NCBI GenBank assembly: GCA_028865335.1
Contig: JAGWKK010000002.1
Location: forward strand, 1-43,235
DNA: 43,235 nucleotides
Reading direction: 5' to 3'
Source: Patescibacteria group bacterium
GTDB taxonomy: Bacteria; Patescibacteriota; Minisyncoccia; UBA6257; 02-FULL-45-10c
How positions within the stretch are numbered: the stretch's first letter is position 1; every line of letters starts with the position of its first letter. Position numbers and translations under genes: made by a program. The notes under the pieces were generated by a model. That model saw only the letters and a list, made by a program, of their open reading frames with translations, had not been told where the DNA came from and did no database searches. This document shows positions 11,680-20,416 of this stretch, in pieces.

Positions 11680-12400
11680 TTATTTATAGATCCACAGCTT
11701 CGCGGACATGCCGTTTTTCAGCTCAGGGTATTGAGTGGTATCGAACCGGACTTTGATGTCGAACTGATTGGTCGGGCGCTGGTCGGAAATATTGAACACC
11801 ACGTCGCCTTGGCGCGATGACGGACTGACTTCGTCCACCACGCCGAAATATTCCTTCGATCCGAACGCATCCACGGTGAAGATCGCGGTCTGGCCCACGC
11901 GGACATACTGGAGTCCTTTGTCTTCCTCCAGATGGCCGACGACGCGGAGATCCGCCGGATTGATCATGGATACCACGGTTTCGCCGCGGTTGAAAAGCTT
12001 CCCAATCGCGTCGTTCACGGCAACCACCACGCCCGCTTCCTTGGCTTTGATGAGTTCATTATCCACGCGCGCCACGACGGTATTCGCGGGAACGCTGTCT
12101 CCTTCTTTGACGAACACTTCCTGAAGAATGCCCGCATTCTGCGGAGCGAGATCCGTCTGCGTCGCCGAGATTTGGGAGTTTTCGATATAGACGCGGCTCT
12201 GGACCACGTTCCAGTACACGAGGCCGCCGACGATCAACGCCAGCGCCGCCAGGATGACGCCGCCCATGACCCAGACGTTCCGCATAAGGCGCCGGAGCAT
12301 CTTTTCCTCCTTTTTAATTTCACCAAGTACTTCCTTCTCTTGGGCGAGGATTTTCCTTTCTTCGTTCAGAATATTCTTTTCCGCAGTGTTCTGTGCCATA
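11680..12400 (-). CDS. HlyD/EmrA-like membrane fusion (adaptor) protein
   Basis: One TM helix, lipoyl-like halves (VKEGDSV), beta-barrel ending LKNGMSA. Start at ATG 12400 or 12420; the ORF track 3' coordinate is used as given. Confidence 0.8.
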
Positions 12401-12403
12401 TGA

Positions 12404-13849
12404 TTAGTATCCGCCGTCAAAGGCGATTATTTTTTCTCCCTCGCTCAGCCCCGAGAGAATTTCCACCTTTCCGTTTTCGCCGGTGACGCCGAGCGTGACC
12501 GTGCGCTCTTCAGGAGTGCCTGATCCGGTATCCACAAGAACGATATAGCCGCCGTCTTTGGTGATGACCGACGAGCGGGGGATCGCGATGACATTGCCGC
12601 GGGTTGCGGTAAGGATGTTCACGTTGCCGTTCATGCCCGCTTTAATGCGGCTGTCCGGATTCGTGAAGACGACGGTGACGGTGTATTGAGAGACGCCGTT
12701 CACGATGGTCGCCGCCGGGTCCACCTTGGAAACCGTTGCGTCAAAAACCACGCCGCTGCCGTAGGCGTCAAGGGTGATCTGAGCCGCATTGCCGACTTTC
12801 ACTTTCGCGACATCGGTTTCGGCGACCGGCACTTCGATCTGGAACGCGGAAGATGAAATGACCGATACGAGCGGGACATTCGGCGTCACGATCTGTCCGA
12901 CTTTCGCATCCTGGCGGGAAACGACGCCGTTGATCGGCGACCGGATGATCGTTTTGGCGATCTGTGCCTGGATGGTGGCGATATTCGCCGCATAGGAATC
13001 AACGGTCGATTGCTGGGAGGCGATCGCGGCTGTACCGGCATCGATTGAACGCTTCTGTCCGTCGAGCTCGCTCAACGCGGCGTTCACTTCAGTGGTCGCG
13101 GCGGAGATGAGTGTCTTGTCCGCATCCGCCTGTGCCTGGGTCAGGCCGTAGTATTTGTTCATCGCATCACTGAGCGCGCCGATGAAGTTCTGCACATTCA
13201 CGAGATGCTGGCGAGTAGGAGAAAGGGAAGCGTACAGCGTGCTAGTGCTTGCGTTGGCAAGTCCCGCGATGTCGGAACGCCAGGTACTCAGCTCGGTCTG
13301 CATGAGCAGCCGGCCGGTCTGGACTTCGTTCTGCGCCTGGAAATCACTGGTTTTGAAATTAAGCAGCGGCTGGTCCGATTCAGGATTCGTGAAAAGATTA
13401 TCTCCCTGGTTCCGCACCGCATCGTTCGCTTTCGCGAAGACGTCGTTCAGCGTGGTCAGAATCGTGTCGTATTGGTTCGCAAGATCCGTCCGGTCTTTTG
13501 CCAGGGTCGCCTGTTGCGCCTCAAGATCGGCGTTCGCCTTATCAAGCTGGGCGTTCAAATCGGAGCTGTCGAGCATCACCAGCCACTGACCGGCCGTTAC
13601 TGATGCGCCGACATCCTGCAATACCGAAACGACTCTGCCGCTGACCTGGAATGCGAGATCCGCATTCTTTACCGGCGTCACGACGCCGTTTGCCTGCACG
13701 ACCTCGGTCAGATCCGCCCGTCCGACAGTGAGCGTGCTCGCCGATGACTTACCGCCGGCGTTCAGATACCAAACAACGCCGCTGATGACTGCCAGCGCCG
13801 CAACCCCCGCGCCGGCGAGAAGCATCTTTTTTGAAGACAATATATTCAT
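12404..13849 (-). CDS. RND-type periplasmic adaptor subunit
   Basis: N-terminal TM, DLAFQVSGRV, long coiled coil, IRSPINGVV, EILSGLSEGE. Confidence 0.9.
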   Translation of the reverse strand: MNILSSKKMLLAGAGVAALAVISGVVWYLNAGGKSSASTLTVGRADLTEVVQANGVVTPVKNADLAFQVSGRVVSVLQDVGASVTAGQWLVMLDSSDLNAQLDKANADLEAQQATLAKDRTDLANQYDTILTTLNDVFAKANDAVRNQGDNLFTNPESDQPLLNFKTSDFQAQNEVQTGRLLMQTELSTWRSDIAGLANASTSTLYASLSPTRQHLVNVQNFIGALSDAMNKYYGLTQAQADADKTLISAATTEVNAALSELDGQKRSIDAGTAAIASQQSTVDSYAANIATIQAQIAKTIIRSPINGVVSRQDAKVGQIVTPNVPLVSVISSSAFQIEVPVAETDVAKVKVGNAAQITLDAYGSGVVFDATVSKVDPAATIVNGVSQYTVTVVFTNPDSRIKAGMNGNVNILTATRGNVIAIPRSSVITKDGGYIVLVDTGSGTPEERTVTLGVTGENGKVEILSGLSEGEKIIAFDGGY

Positions 13850-14027
13850 ACAATACTTTAGATTCTAACATAACGGGCGGCGAGAAATCAAATCCAAAAA
13901 AAGCCGCTTTAAGCGGCGGCTTGTCGTTATGATCATAAAAAGTTCAACTCATTCAATTAGAATAAGATAACACCGACCAGCGGTATGTTGCGCTTTTGCG
14001 GTTCGCTTGGATTATGATGGAACCTTT

Positions 14028-14648
14028 TTAATCCCTTAAATCTGGTAATGCATTGACGATCTTATCCCAAACTTGCTTAATCTCATCTATAGAATACATT
14101 CTTTTAAATCTGATCCTTAAGTGATCCGGCTCTATAATAAGATTGATATCCTGTTCGCGAAGTTTATTTTTCAAATTTTCAAAATCAGCGGGATGCTGAA
14201 AATATTTCTCCATAAATCCGATCATTTGACCGGCGCCGGGATCAAACCCCGATTCATAGGTTTTATATCCTTTATCCTGTATTTTTACAATCGCATCTCT
14301 AACCTCCGGCTCAATCATTTCCATAAGCACTCCTAATTTTTGTTCTGCTGGAGTTTTAACAGGATTTTCTTGTCTACGCTTTTCAAGCGCCTTACTCATT
14401 TCGGCGAGGGTTGATTTGCGTAGCATAGCATATTGCGAATAAAGCTCTATTTGTTCTTTTGTGCAACCGGATAAGATTCGCAATCTTTCGAGCTCCTCAG
14501 GCAGATGGTTTTGCAAAACTTTTTCTATTGATTCCTCATCATATGTTTTATTATTTGGATTATATCCAAATAAAGCCCCGTCCTCGGGCGTCGGGATTTC
14601 TGGCGCGCTTTCCCTTGATCGCCTTGGTCCTTGTTTTTCTGGGTTCAT
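14028..14648 (-). CDS. hypothetical protein (206 aa, AT-rich gene)
   Basis: Long ORF visibly more AT-rich than flanking genes. Confidence 0.7.
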   Translation of the reverse strand: MNPEKQGPRRSRESAPEIPTPEDGALFGYNPNNKTYDEESIEKVLQNHLPEELERLRILSGCTKEQIELYSQYAMLRKSTLAEMSKALEKRRQENPVKTPAEQKLGVLMEMIEPEVRDAIVKIQDKGYKTYESGFDPGAGQMIGFMEKYFQHPADFENLKNKLREQDINLIIEPDHLRIRFKRMYSIDEIKQVWDKIVNALPDLRD

Positions 14649-14772
14649 GGATTACTAATAATTTATCACAAATACATTGATACGCACATCACTTCTCGAC
14701 GGGGCGCAAGAATCAAGGCCCGCTCGCTGACTACCTGCAGGCACAGGCTCACTCGAACCGCGTCTGGGCACC

Positions 14773-14792
14773 CCTGCCTGCCGGCAGGCAGG
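14773..14792. repeat. perfect 20-bp palindrome CCTGCCTGCCGGCAGGCAGG
   Basis: Direct reading. Confidence 0.8.
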
Positions 14793-14910
14793 TTCGGTTT
14801 CCCATCCCTTCCTGATGCGCCTGTCCCGCCAAAGCTTCAGCGGCGGAGGAGGGTGCTGCTGGTTCGAATCCCTTAGTCACAATATTTAAAAATTATATGT
14901 ATCGTAATTG

Positions 14911-14981
14911 TTCCGAGACAGGGATTCGAACCCCAATTTTCGCTTCCAGAGAGCGACGTCCTACCATTAGACGATCTCGGA
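14911..14981 (-). tRNA. tRNA-Gln (anticodon CTG)
   Basis: Acceptor TCCGAGA/TCTCGGA, anticodon arm TCGCT-CTCTGGA-AGCGA, T-loop TTCGAAT; CCA not encoded. Confidence 0.93.
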
Positions 14982-15227
14982 ATATATCGTACCCAGCTTT
15001 CGCTTCAAAACCTTCTTTCCTTTGGCGCTTTTGTAGAACCTCTCCATCTCAAAAGCTTTATATAGATTCTCATACCCCTCCGAATAAATCAACGCTAAAG
15101 GTCGGCGACTTTTCGTAGATCGGACATAGCCATTATTATGATATTCCAATCGATCCTTAAGAGAAGCCGTGCATCCTATATATAGCTTCTTATCTTTCAA
15201 GCTTTTGAGAACGTACAGATACTGCAT
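14967..15227 (-). CDS. GIY-YIG nuclease family protein
   Basis: YLYVLKS..LYIG..L..RL..HN.G..RSTK motifs; stop codon lies inside the tRNA D-arm. Confidence 0.9.
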   Translation of the reverse strand: MQYLYVLKSLKDKKLYIGCTASLKDRLEYHNNGYVRSTKSRRPLALIYSEGYENLYKAFEMERFYKSAKGKKVLKRKLGTIYSEIV

Positions 15228-15250
15228 GGTGATAGCTTGCTATCATTGCC

Positions 15251-15311
15251 GAGCGACGTCCTACCATTAGCCTCGCCCATAGGCTACGGCCGAGGGACGA
15301 TCTCGGAATAT
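15251..15311 (-). pseudogene. duplicated tRNA-Gln 5' half interrupted by a 26-bp hairpin
   Basis: 15251-15270 equals 14951-14970 and 15297-15311 equals 14971-14985; insert at 15271-15296. Confidence 0.85.
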
Positions 15312-15329
15312 CAAAAGACTACCTTGTAT

Positions 15330-15358
15330 AGTGTACGTCACCTGCTGATAAAATTCAA
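15330..15358 (-). promoter_or_regulatory. sigma70-type promoter for the GIY-YIG/tRNA-Gln unit
   Basis: TTGAAT, 17 nt, TACACT. Confidence 0.55.
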
Positions 15359-15431
15359 CGGCATGTGTACAACTCAATGATGGAATATGCTATGCTTATT
15401 CTTGTATCACAATTAACAACTATTTTCACAT

Positions 15432-16055
15432 ATGAACAGCAACAAGTTCATGGATGTAAATCCGCAAAAAAGAGGCGAGGGGATGATGGGTGATGAAATG
15501 CCGATGGAAGGAATGTCCCGGCCGTCGCGTTTGGGTAAATTAAAGGACATGTGCGCAAAATGCTATCCGCGCACGGCGTATGGCTGGCTTGCCACCCTGG
15601 TCGGCGCAGTATTGGTATGGTATCTGCTTGTTTCCTTGAGCATTCTGCCGTCACTGACGTTCCCGCTGGTTGATGGCGGAAAGTGGCAGGCGGTGTTCCT
15701 GTCCAACGGCCAGGTCTATTTCGGCCATCTGCACGAATTGAACAGCGACTACGTTGATCTTACGAACATCTATTATCTGAATGTCACCGGCCAGGCGCAG
15801 TCAACAAGTCCGAACGCCCAGCAGCAAATCAGCTTGGTAAAGATGGGCAATGAATTGTACGCACCGGAAGATATGATGAACATTCCGAAGTCGCAGATCG
15901 TCCACTGGGAGAACATGCAGGCGAATTCGCCGGTAGTGCAGGCGATTGCCGCCGCAGTCACCCAGGCACAGCAACGGGCCGCAGCTCCCGCAGCAAATGC
16001 TCCGACAGCTCAGCAACCGGCTGCAGCCCCGGCAGCGACCGCTCCCGCAAAATAG
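15432..16055 (+). CDS. conserved hypothetical membrane-anchored protein
   Basis: One TM helix, WQAVFLSNGQVYFG motif, Ala/Pro-rich tail; start uncertain. Confidence 0.8.
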   Translation: MNSNKFMDVNPQKRGEGMMGDEMPMEGMSRPSRLGKLKDMCAKCYPRTAYGWLATLVGAVLVWYLLVSLSILPSLTFPLVDGGKWQAVFLSNGQVYFGHLHELNSDYVDLTNIYYLNVTGQAQSTSPNAQQQISLVKMGNELYAPEDMMNIPKSQIVHWENMQANSPVVQAIAAAVTQAQQRAAAPAANAPTAQQPAAAPAATAPAK

Positions 16056-16065
16056 TGTCGCTATT

Positions 16066-16093
16066 CAAAAAACGCCCCTTCGGGCGTTTTTTG
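16066..16093. terminator. bidirectional intrinsic terminator
   Basis: CAAAAAACGCCC-CTTC-GGGCGTTTTTTG between convergent genes. Confidence 0.8.
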
Positions 16094-16103
16094 TTTTGAG
16101 CTG

Positions 16104-16880
16104 TTATCCGATCAGATCGCGGTAGCCGTTCATGAAATCCGCGTAGGTCATCGGCTTCTTTCCTTCGGGCTGCACTTTCTTCAGATCGAGCCTCCCGTCG
16201 GCAAGATCCGCCTCCAAAAGCTTCAGGCGCAGATCTTTTCCATTCTTCAGATGCAGTACCGTAAAAGCACCCGGCTCCGGATTGAGCGCGCGGATTTTCA
16301 GCCATGCTGACCGGGGATCGCCCGCCAGATCGACTTCGGCATCAGCGGTGACAAATTTGCGCGTAAACGTCGCCTTCGATTCGTCCTGGGGCACGGCGGT
16401 CAGGGAGTCGTCCAGCCAGGCCGGCATCGTCGCGATCAGCAGGTCGGCGCTCAGGCGAGCCAGTTTTTCAATCAGCGAAACATACGTGTCCTGATCGGTG
16501 ATGGCGAGTTTTTTTTCTGCAAGCACCGGTCCGTTGTCCACTTTTTCATCGATCAGGAACAACGCCGTCCCGGTTTCATTCTCATCATGCAACAGAACGC
16601 TCTGTACCGGCGACGCGCCGCGGTAGCGGGGGAGCAGCGACGGATGGATACCGATGGTGCCGCGCGGCGGAATGATAAGCAGATCCTTTTTGAGGATCTT
16701 CCCGAACGCGGCGACAACGAAGAAATCCGCATTGAGCGAACGCAGGTGGTCCAGGTCCAGCGGCTTTTTGGCATCGCGGACCGCCTCAACCGGCGGCATC
16801 CCGGCCGCAATCAGGGAATCCAGAATGATCTGAGCGAAGGCGGATTCGCGTCCGCCGAAGAAAATATAGCGAGGTATCAT
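16104..16880 (-). CDS. fmt: methionyl-tRNA formyltransferase
   Basis: HPSLLPRYRGASP motif; adjacent to def. Confidence 0.93.
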   Translation of the reverse strand: MIPRYIFFGGRESAFAQIILDSLIAAGMPPVEAVRDAKKPLDLDHLRSLNADFFVVAAFGKILKKDLLIIPPRGTIGIHPSLLPRYRGASPVQSVLLHDENETGTALFLIDEKVDNGPVLAEKKLAITDQDTYVSLIEKLARLSADLLIATMPAWLDDSLTAVPQDESKATFTRKFVTADAEVDLAGDPRSAWLKIRALNPEPGAFTVLHLKNGKDLRLKLLEADLADGRLDLKKVQPEGKKPMTYADFMNGYRDLIG

Positions 16881-16958
16881 GTGTCAAGTATCAAGTGTCA
16901 GGTTATGGAGTGTCAAGGATTCGTCTTTGTTGCGCGACCCTCCTTTATTCCTAATTCG

Positions 16959-17453
16959 TTATTCCCGATTCGTCAGTTCATAGGTATGCAGATCTTTCGC
17001 CTTATCAATGAAAACGGTGCCGTTCAGGTGGTCCGATTCGTGCTGGAAAATGCGCGCGAGCAGACCCCATGCCTTTATCTTGATCTTCTTCCCGTTGCGG
17101 TCGTACCCCTCAAGCACCACGCGCATGGGACGGGTCACCTCGCCGAAAATATTCGGTACGCTCAAGCATCCTTCTTCCAGCGTGCTTTTCTCGTCGGAAA
17201 CCTTGGTCAGCTTGGAATTGAAGATGGCGTAGAATTTTCCTTCCGCCTGCGCGACGAACACGTGCATGTCCAATCCGATCTGATTCGCGCTGAGTCCGAC
17301 GCCGTTGGCGTTTTTCATCGCTTCGCGCATCGTCTTCAGCAGGTCGCGGATCTCCTGTTTGGAATGCTTGGCGAAATCAAACGGCGCCATCTTTTTGCGC
17401 AGCAGCTTCGCCTCCTGTTTGTTGTCGATAAGCCAGATGCCGTATTCGGTCAT
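16959..17453 (-). CDS. def: peptide deformylase
   Basis: GVGLSANQIG, EGCLS, QHESDH. Confidence 0.96.
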   Translation of the reverse strand: MTEYGIWLIDNKQEAKLLRKKMAPFDFAKHSKQEIRDLLKTMREAMKNANGVGLSANQIGLDMHVFVAQAEGKFYAIFNSKLTKVSDEKSTLEEGCLSVPNIFGEVTRPMRVVLEGYDRNGKKIKIKAWGLLARIFQHESDHLNGTVFIDKAKDLHTYELTNRE

Positions 17454-17481
17454 AGGAAAGTGAAAAGTTTAAAATTAAAAG

Positions 17482-17790
17482 TTAAAAAAGGGATGCTTTA
17501 GGTTTCGATTTCGGATCGTCGTTACGCCGGCGTTCCTGGAGCAGTTTCATGAAATAGGCACCCTTATTCTCCACCGATTTCCGTTCGGCGATGTCCTTCG
17601 CGATGCGGACCAGTTCGGCGCTGTTGTGGGTTTTTGCGAGGCGCATATAGAGCGATTTATGTTCCTTATCGCCCAGAATCTCCGCGAGAAGAAGTCCTGT
17701 GGACTGGTGCGGCTGGTAGACGTGGGATTTCTTCACCCGGTCTTTCAGGGTGTTCACGTAGCTTTTATTGAGGTCGCCGAGCTGATCCAT
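17482..17790 (-). CDS. hypothetical protein (102 aa)
   Basis: ORF co-oriented with def; ends with NKGAYFM helical motif. Confidence 0.7.
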   Translation of the reverse strand: MDQLGDLNKSYVNTLKDRVKKSHVYQPHQSTGLLLAEILGDKEHKSLYMRLAKTHNSAELVRIAKDIAERKSVENKGAYFMKLLQERRRNDDPKSKPKASLF

Positions 17791-17835
17791 AGGATGATTT
17801 TATTGTATGCTATTATTGAAATACGTTCTACTCCC

Positions 17836-18393
17836 ATGAAAAGGCGACTCTTTCTTTCCATCGCGATTCCCCGGCGGATCAATGACGCCATCGGGCGTGA
17901 AGTGGAGAAAATCCGCTACGGCTTCACCGACGAAGTCCGTTTCATTGATGACGCGGAACGGCACATCACGATCTCTTTTCTCGGTTCCCAGGCCGATGAA
18001 GCCATGGCGGACATCTCCGGCGCGATGGCGGTTGCGCGGACATTCCCGGCTCCGACGGTCAGCTTCGATATGATTACCTACGGTCCGCGGCGGGGGGAAC
18101 CGCGAATGATCTGGCTGAACGGCGACCTTGAGACCGATAAAACCCTCCATGAATTGAAAGAGGAAGTGGAAAATCGGCTTATCGACGGCGGCATCAGTTT
18201 CCAGCGGGAATATAAGCGTTTCCAGACACACGTCACGCTGGCGAAGATGAAAACGCATGAAGCGCTTCCGGAACTGTCCGTGCCGTTCCGGCATTCATTC
18301 GTCCCGGAGTCGCTGGACCTGATGGAATCGCACATGTCCCGCACCGGCGCGACGTACGAGCTTTTACAAAAAATGCCGTTTCAAGTATCATAA
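17836..18393 (+). CDS. thpR: RNA 2',3'-cyclic phosphodiesterase (2H phosphoesterase)
   Basis: MKRRLFLSI start; HIT and HVTL 2H motifs. Confidence 0.9.
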   Translation: MKRRLFLSIAIPRRINDAIGREVEKIRYGFTDEVRFIDDAERHITISFLGSQADEAMADISGAMAVARTFPAPTVSFDMITYGPRRGEPRMIWLNGDLETDKTLHELKEEVENRLIDGGISFQREYKRFQTHVTLAKMKTHEALPELSVPFRHSFVPESLDLMESHMSRTGATYELLQKMPFQVS

Positions 18394-19653
18394 ATGGATA
18401 TGCTGCAGCACTTCAGGGAGAAATACGGACATCGCATTCCATTGTATACGGCGGTTTTTATCGTGGCCGCTGCGGCGGGCATCGCGCTGTTCTACGGAGG
18501 ATATGAACTGGGCATCCGCCATCCGAAGGTGGTGACGCTGGACAATGTGACGAACACTGATGCCAAATCGGATATCACCGCGAATTTCGGCACGTTTTGG
18601 GAAGCCTGGGATGTCATGAAGAACGAATACCTGAAAGGAGCCGACCTGACGAATCAGAAGATGGTGTACGGCGCGATCACGGGCCTGGTCAATTCCGCCG
18701 GCGATCCGCACACGATATTCCTGCCTCCGCCTGATTCGGTGAAATTCCAGCAGGATGTATCCGGCAATTTCGGCGGCATCGGCGCGGAGATCGGCATCAA
18801 GAACAGCCAGCTTGTCATCATCGCTCCACTCAAGAACAATCCGGCCGAGCAGGCGGGTCTGAAAGCGGGGGATGCGATCGTCGCGATCGACGGTAAATCG
18901 ACCGACGGCATCGATGTGAACAGTGCGGTGGAGAAGATCCGCGGCGAAATCGGCACCACGGTGACGCTGACCATTTTCCGCGACGGCTGGGATCATACCA
19001 AGGACTTCAAACTGGTCCGCGCGAATATCCAGGTTCCGACGCTGGATACCGAAATGCTTCATATCAACGGCAAGACCATCGCGCACATCTCGCTGTACGC
19101 CTTCAACGAGAATGCTCCGCTCGGTTTCTATCAGGCTGCGCTGACGGCGCTCTTCAACAAGTCCGACGGCATCATCCTGGATCTTCGCGATAATCCGGGC
19201 GGCTATCTGGAGGTGGCGACCAATCTCGCCGGCTGGTTCGTGAACAAAGGAGCGGTCGTCGTCAAAGAACGTTATCGCACCGGTAACGAAGACACCTTCT
19301 ACGCGAACGGCAACGAAGCGCTGAAAGATGTGCCGATGGTGATCCTGGTGAATAAAGGTTCCGCATCCGCCTCTGAAATTCTCGCCGGCGCCCTCCGCGC
19401 GATCCGCGGCGTGAAACTGGTGGGTACGAACACGTATGGAAAGGGGACGGTGCAGGAACTCCGCACACTCAGTGACAACTCGCAGATCAAATTGACGATC
19501 GCCAACTGGGTATTGCCGGACGACACCATCATCAGCGAAGACGGCCTTGCGCCGGATGTGGAAGCGGACCTGTCCGATGCCGACATCGCAAATCACAACG
19601 ACAGCCAACTGAAAGCTGCTGAGGATACGCTGCTTAAGGAACTCGGCAAATAG
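18394..19653 (+). CDS. ctpA: S41 family C-terminal processing peptidase
   Basis: PDZ domain, LDLRDNPGG, SASASEI, GKGTVQ. Confidence 0.95.
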   Translation: MDMLQHFREKYGHRIPLYTAVFIVAAAAGIALFYGGYELGIRHPKVVTLDNVTNTDAKSDITANFGTFWEAWDVMKNEYLKGADLTNQKMVYGAITGLVNSAGDPHTIFLPPPDSVKFQQDVSGNFGGIGAEIGIKNSQLVIIAPLKNNPAEQAGLKAGDAIVAIDGKSTDGIDVNSAVEKIRGEIGTTVTLTIFRDGWDHTKDFKLVRANIQVPTLDTEMLHINGKTIAHISLYAFNENAPLGFYQAALTALFNKSDGIILDLRDNPGGYLEVATNLAGWFVNKGAVVVKERYRTGNEDTFYANGNEALKDVPMVILVNKGSASASEILAGALRAIRGVKLVGTNTYGKGTVQELRTLSDNSQIKLTIANWVLPDDTIISEDGLAPDVEADLSDADIANHNDSQLKAAEDTLLKELGK

Positions 19654-19691
19654 TCCAGAGTCAAAGGTTGAAGGTCTATAAAGTGAGAAAT

Positions 19692-19820
19692 AAAAAAAGC
19701 CCCCGACCGAAGTCGGGGGGTACGAGAGCGGTCCTCCCACAGTACGAATACGAACAGCCGCAGGAGGCACACATGACCCCGAAGGGTCACCCCGGTTGCT
19801 TAAGCCGAGTAATTGTACGT
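19692..19820 (-). ncRNA. putative small structured RNA (about 130 nt) including its terminator
   Basis: Own promoter; three hairpins including a cUUCGg tetraloop; terminator 19692-19720; shares a 40-nt motif with 23225-23264. Confidence 0.65.
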
Positions 19821-19826
19821 GGTTTA

Positions 19827-19855
19827 ATACTACCTCAATTCAAATAATTTGTCAA
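19827..19855 (-). promoter_or_regulatory. sigma70-type promoter
   Basis: TTGACA (19855-19850), 17 nt, TAGTAT (19832-19827). Confidence 0.7.
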
Positions 19856-19861
19856 TACCCT

Positions 19862-19893
19862 AAAAAACATCCCGCAAATGCGGGATGTTTTTT
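19862..19893 (-). terminator. rpmA terminator
   Basis: AAAAAACATCCCGC-AAAT-GCGGGATGTTTTTT. Confidence 0.75.
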
Positions 19894-20165
19894 TAGAGAA
19901 CGCTGACGACGGTTATCTTTCTTCGTGATCCGTCGAAACGGGTCTTCTTGGAAGTGGTGAATTTCACTTTACCGTTCTTCATCGCGTAGATCGTGTCGTC
20001 GGCTCCCTGTTTGACGTTGGTGCCGAGCGAATACTTGCTGCCGCGCTGGCGGATGAGGATCTGTCCTGCCATCGCCATTTCGCCGTCCGCTTTCTTTACG
20101 CCGAGCCGTTTTGATTCTGATTCTCTATTATTATGGGCTGCGCCCACCGATTTAGTATGTGCCAT
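19893..20165 (-). CDS. rpmA: 50S ribosomal protein L27
   Basis: MAHTK, SKRLGVK, GQILIRQRG. Confidence 0.96.
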   Translation of the reverse strand: MAHTKSVGAAHNNRESESKRLGVKKADGEMAMAGQILIRQRGSKYSLGTNVKQGADDTIYAMKNGKVKFTTSKKTRFDGSRRKITVVSVL

Positions 20166-20380
20166 AATTTCCCGAGAGCGAAGCGATTGGCTGAAATTAT
20201 GAGCATCCCGCCGTAGCTTTAGCGGAGGCGGACGCCATTCATTTGCTTATCGCAGCACCCTCAATTAATTTACCTAATCTATAGTATACCATACTGACGG
20301 ATAATGCAAGAGGCGTGGGGTGGTCGAAGGTACAAAGTACAAAGTCAAAAGTCATAAAACTAAAAATCATAAAGTTGAAT

Positions 20381-20409
20381 AAAAAATCCCCCGACCGAAG
20401 TCGGGGGGG
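20381..20409 (-). terminator. intrinsic terminator, stem-loop identical to 19700-19719
   Basis: CCCCCGAC-TTCG-GTCGGGGG followed by T tract on the minus strand. Confidence 0.75.
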
Positions 20410-20416
20410 GTGATGT

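Noticed and set aside
17626..17835. N-terminal extension of thpR in the ORF track
   Set aside because: Overlaps the opposite-strand gene; the family-like sequence starts at ATG 17836.
19772..19811. ACTCGGCTTA resembles the RNase P RNA 3' conserved region (ACCCGGCUUA)
   Set aside because: No upstream GAGGAAAGUCC partner in either copy and the segment pairs locally. A cmscan should still be run.
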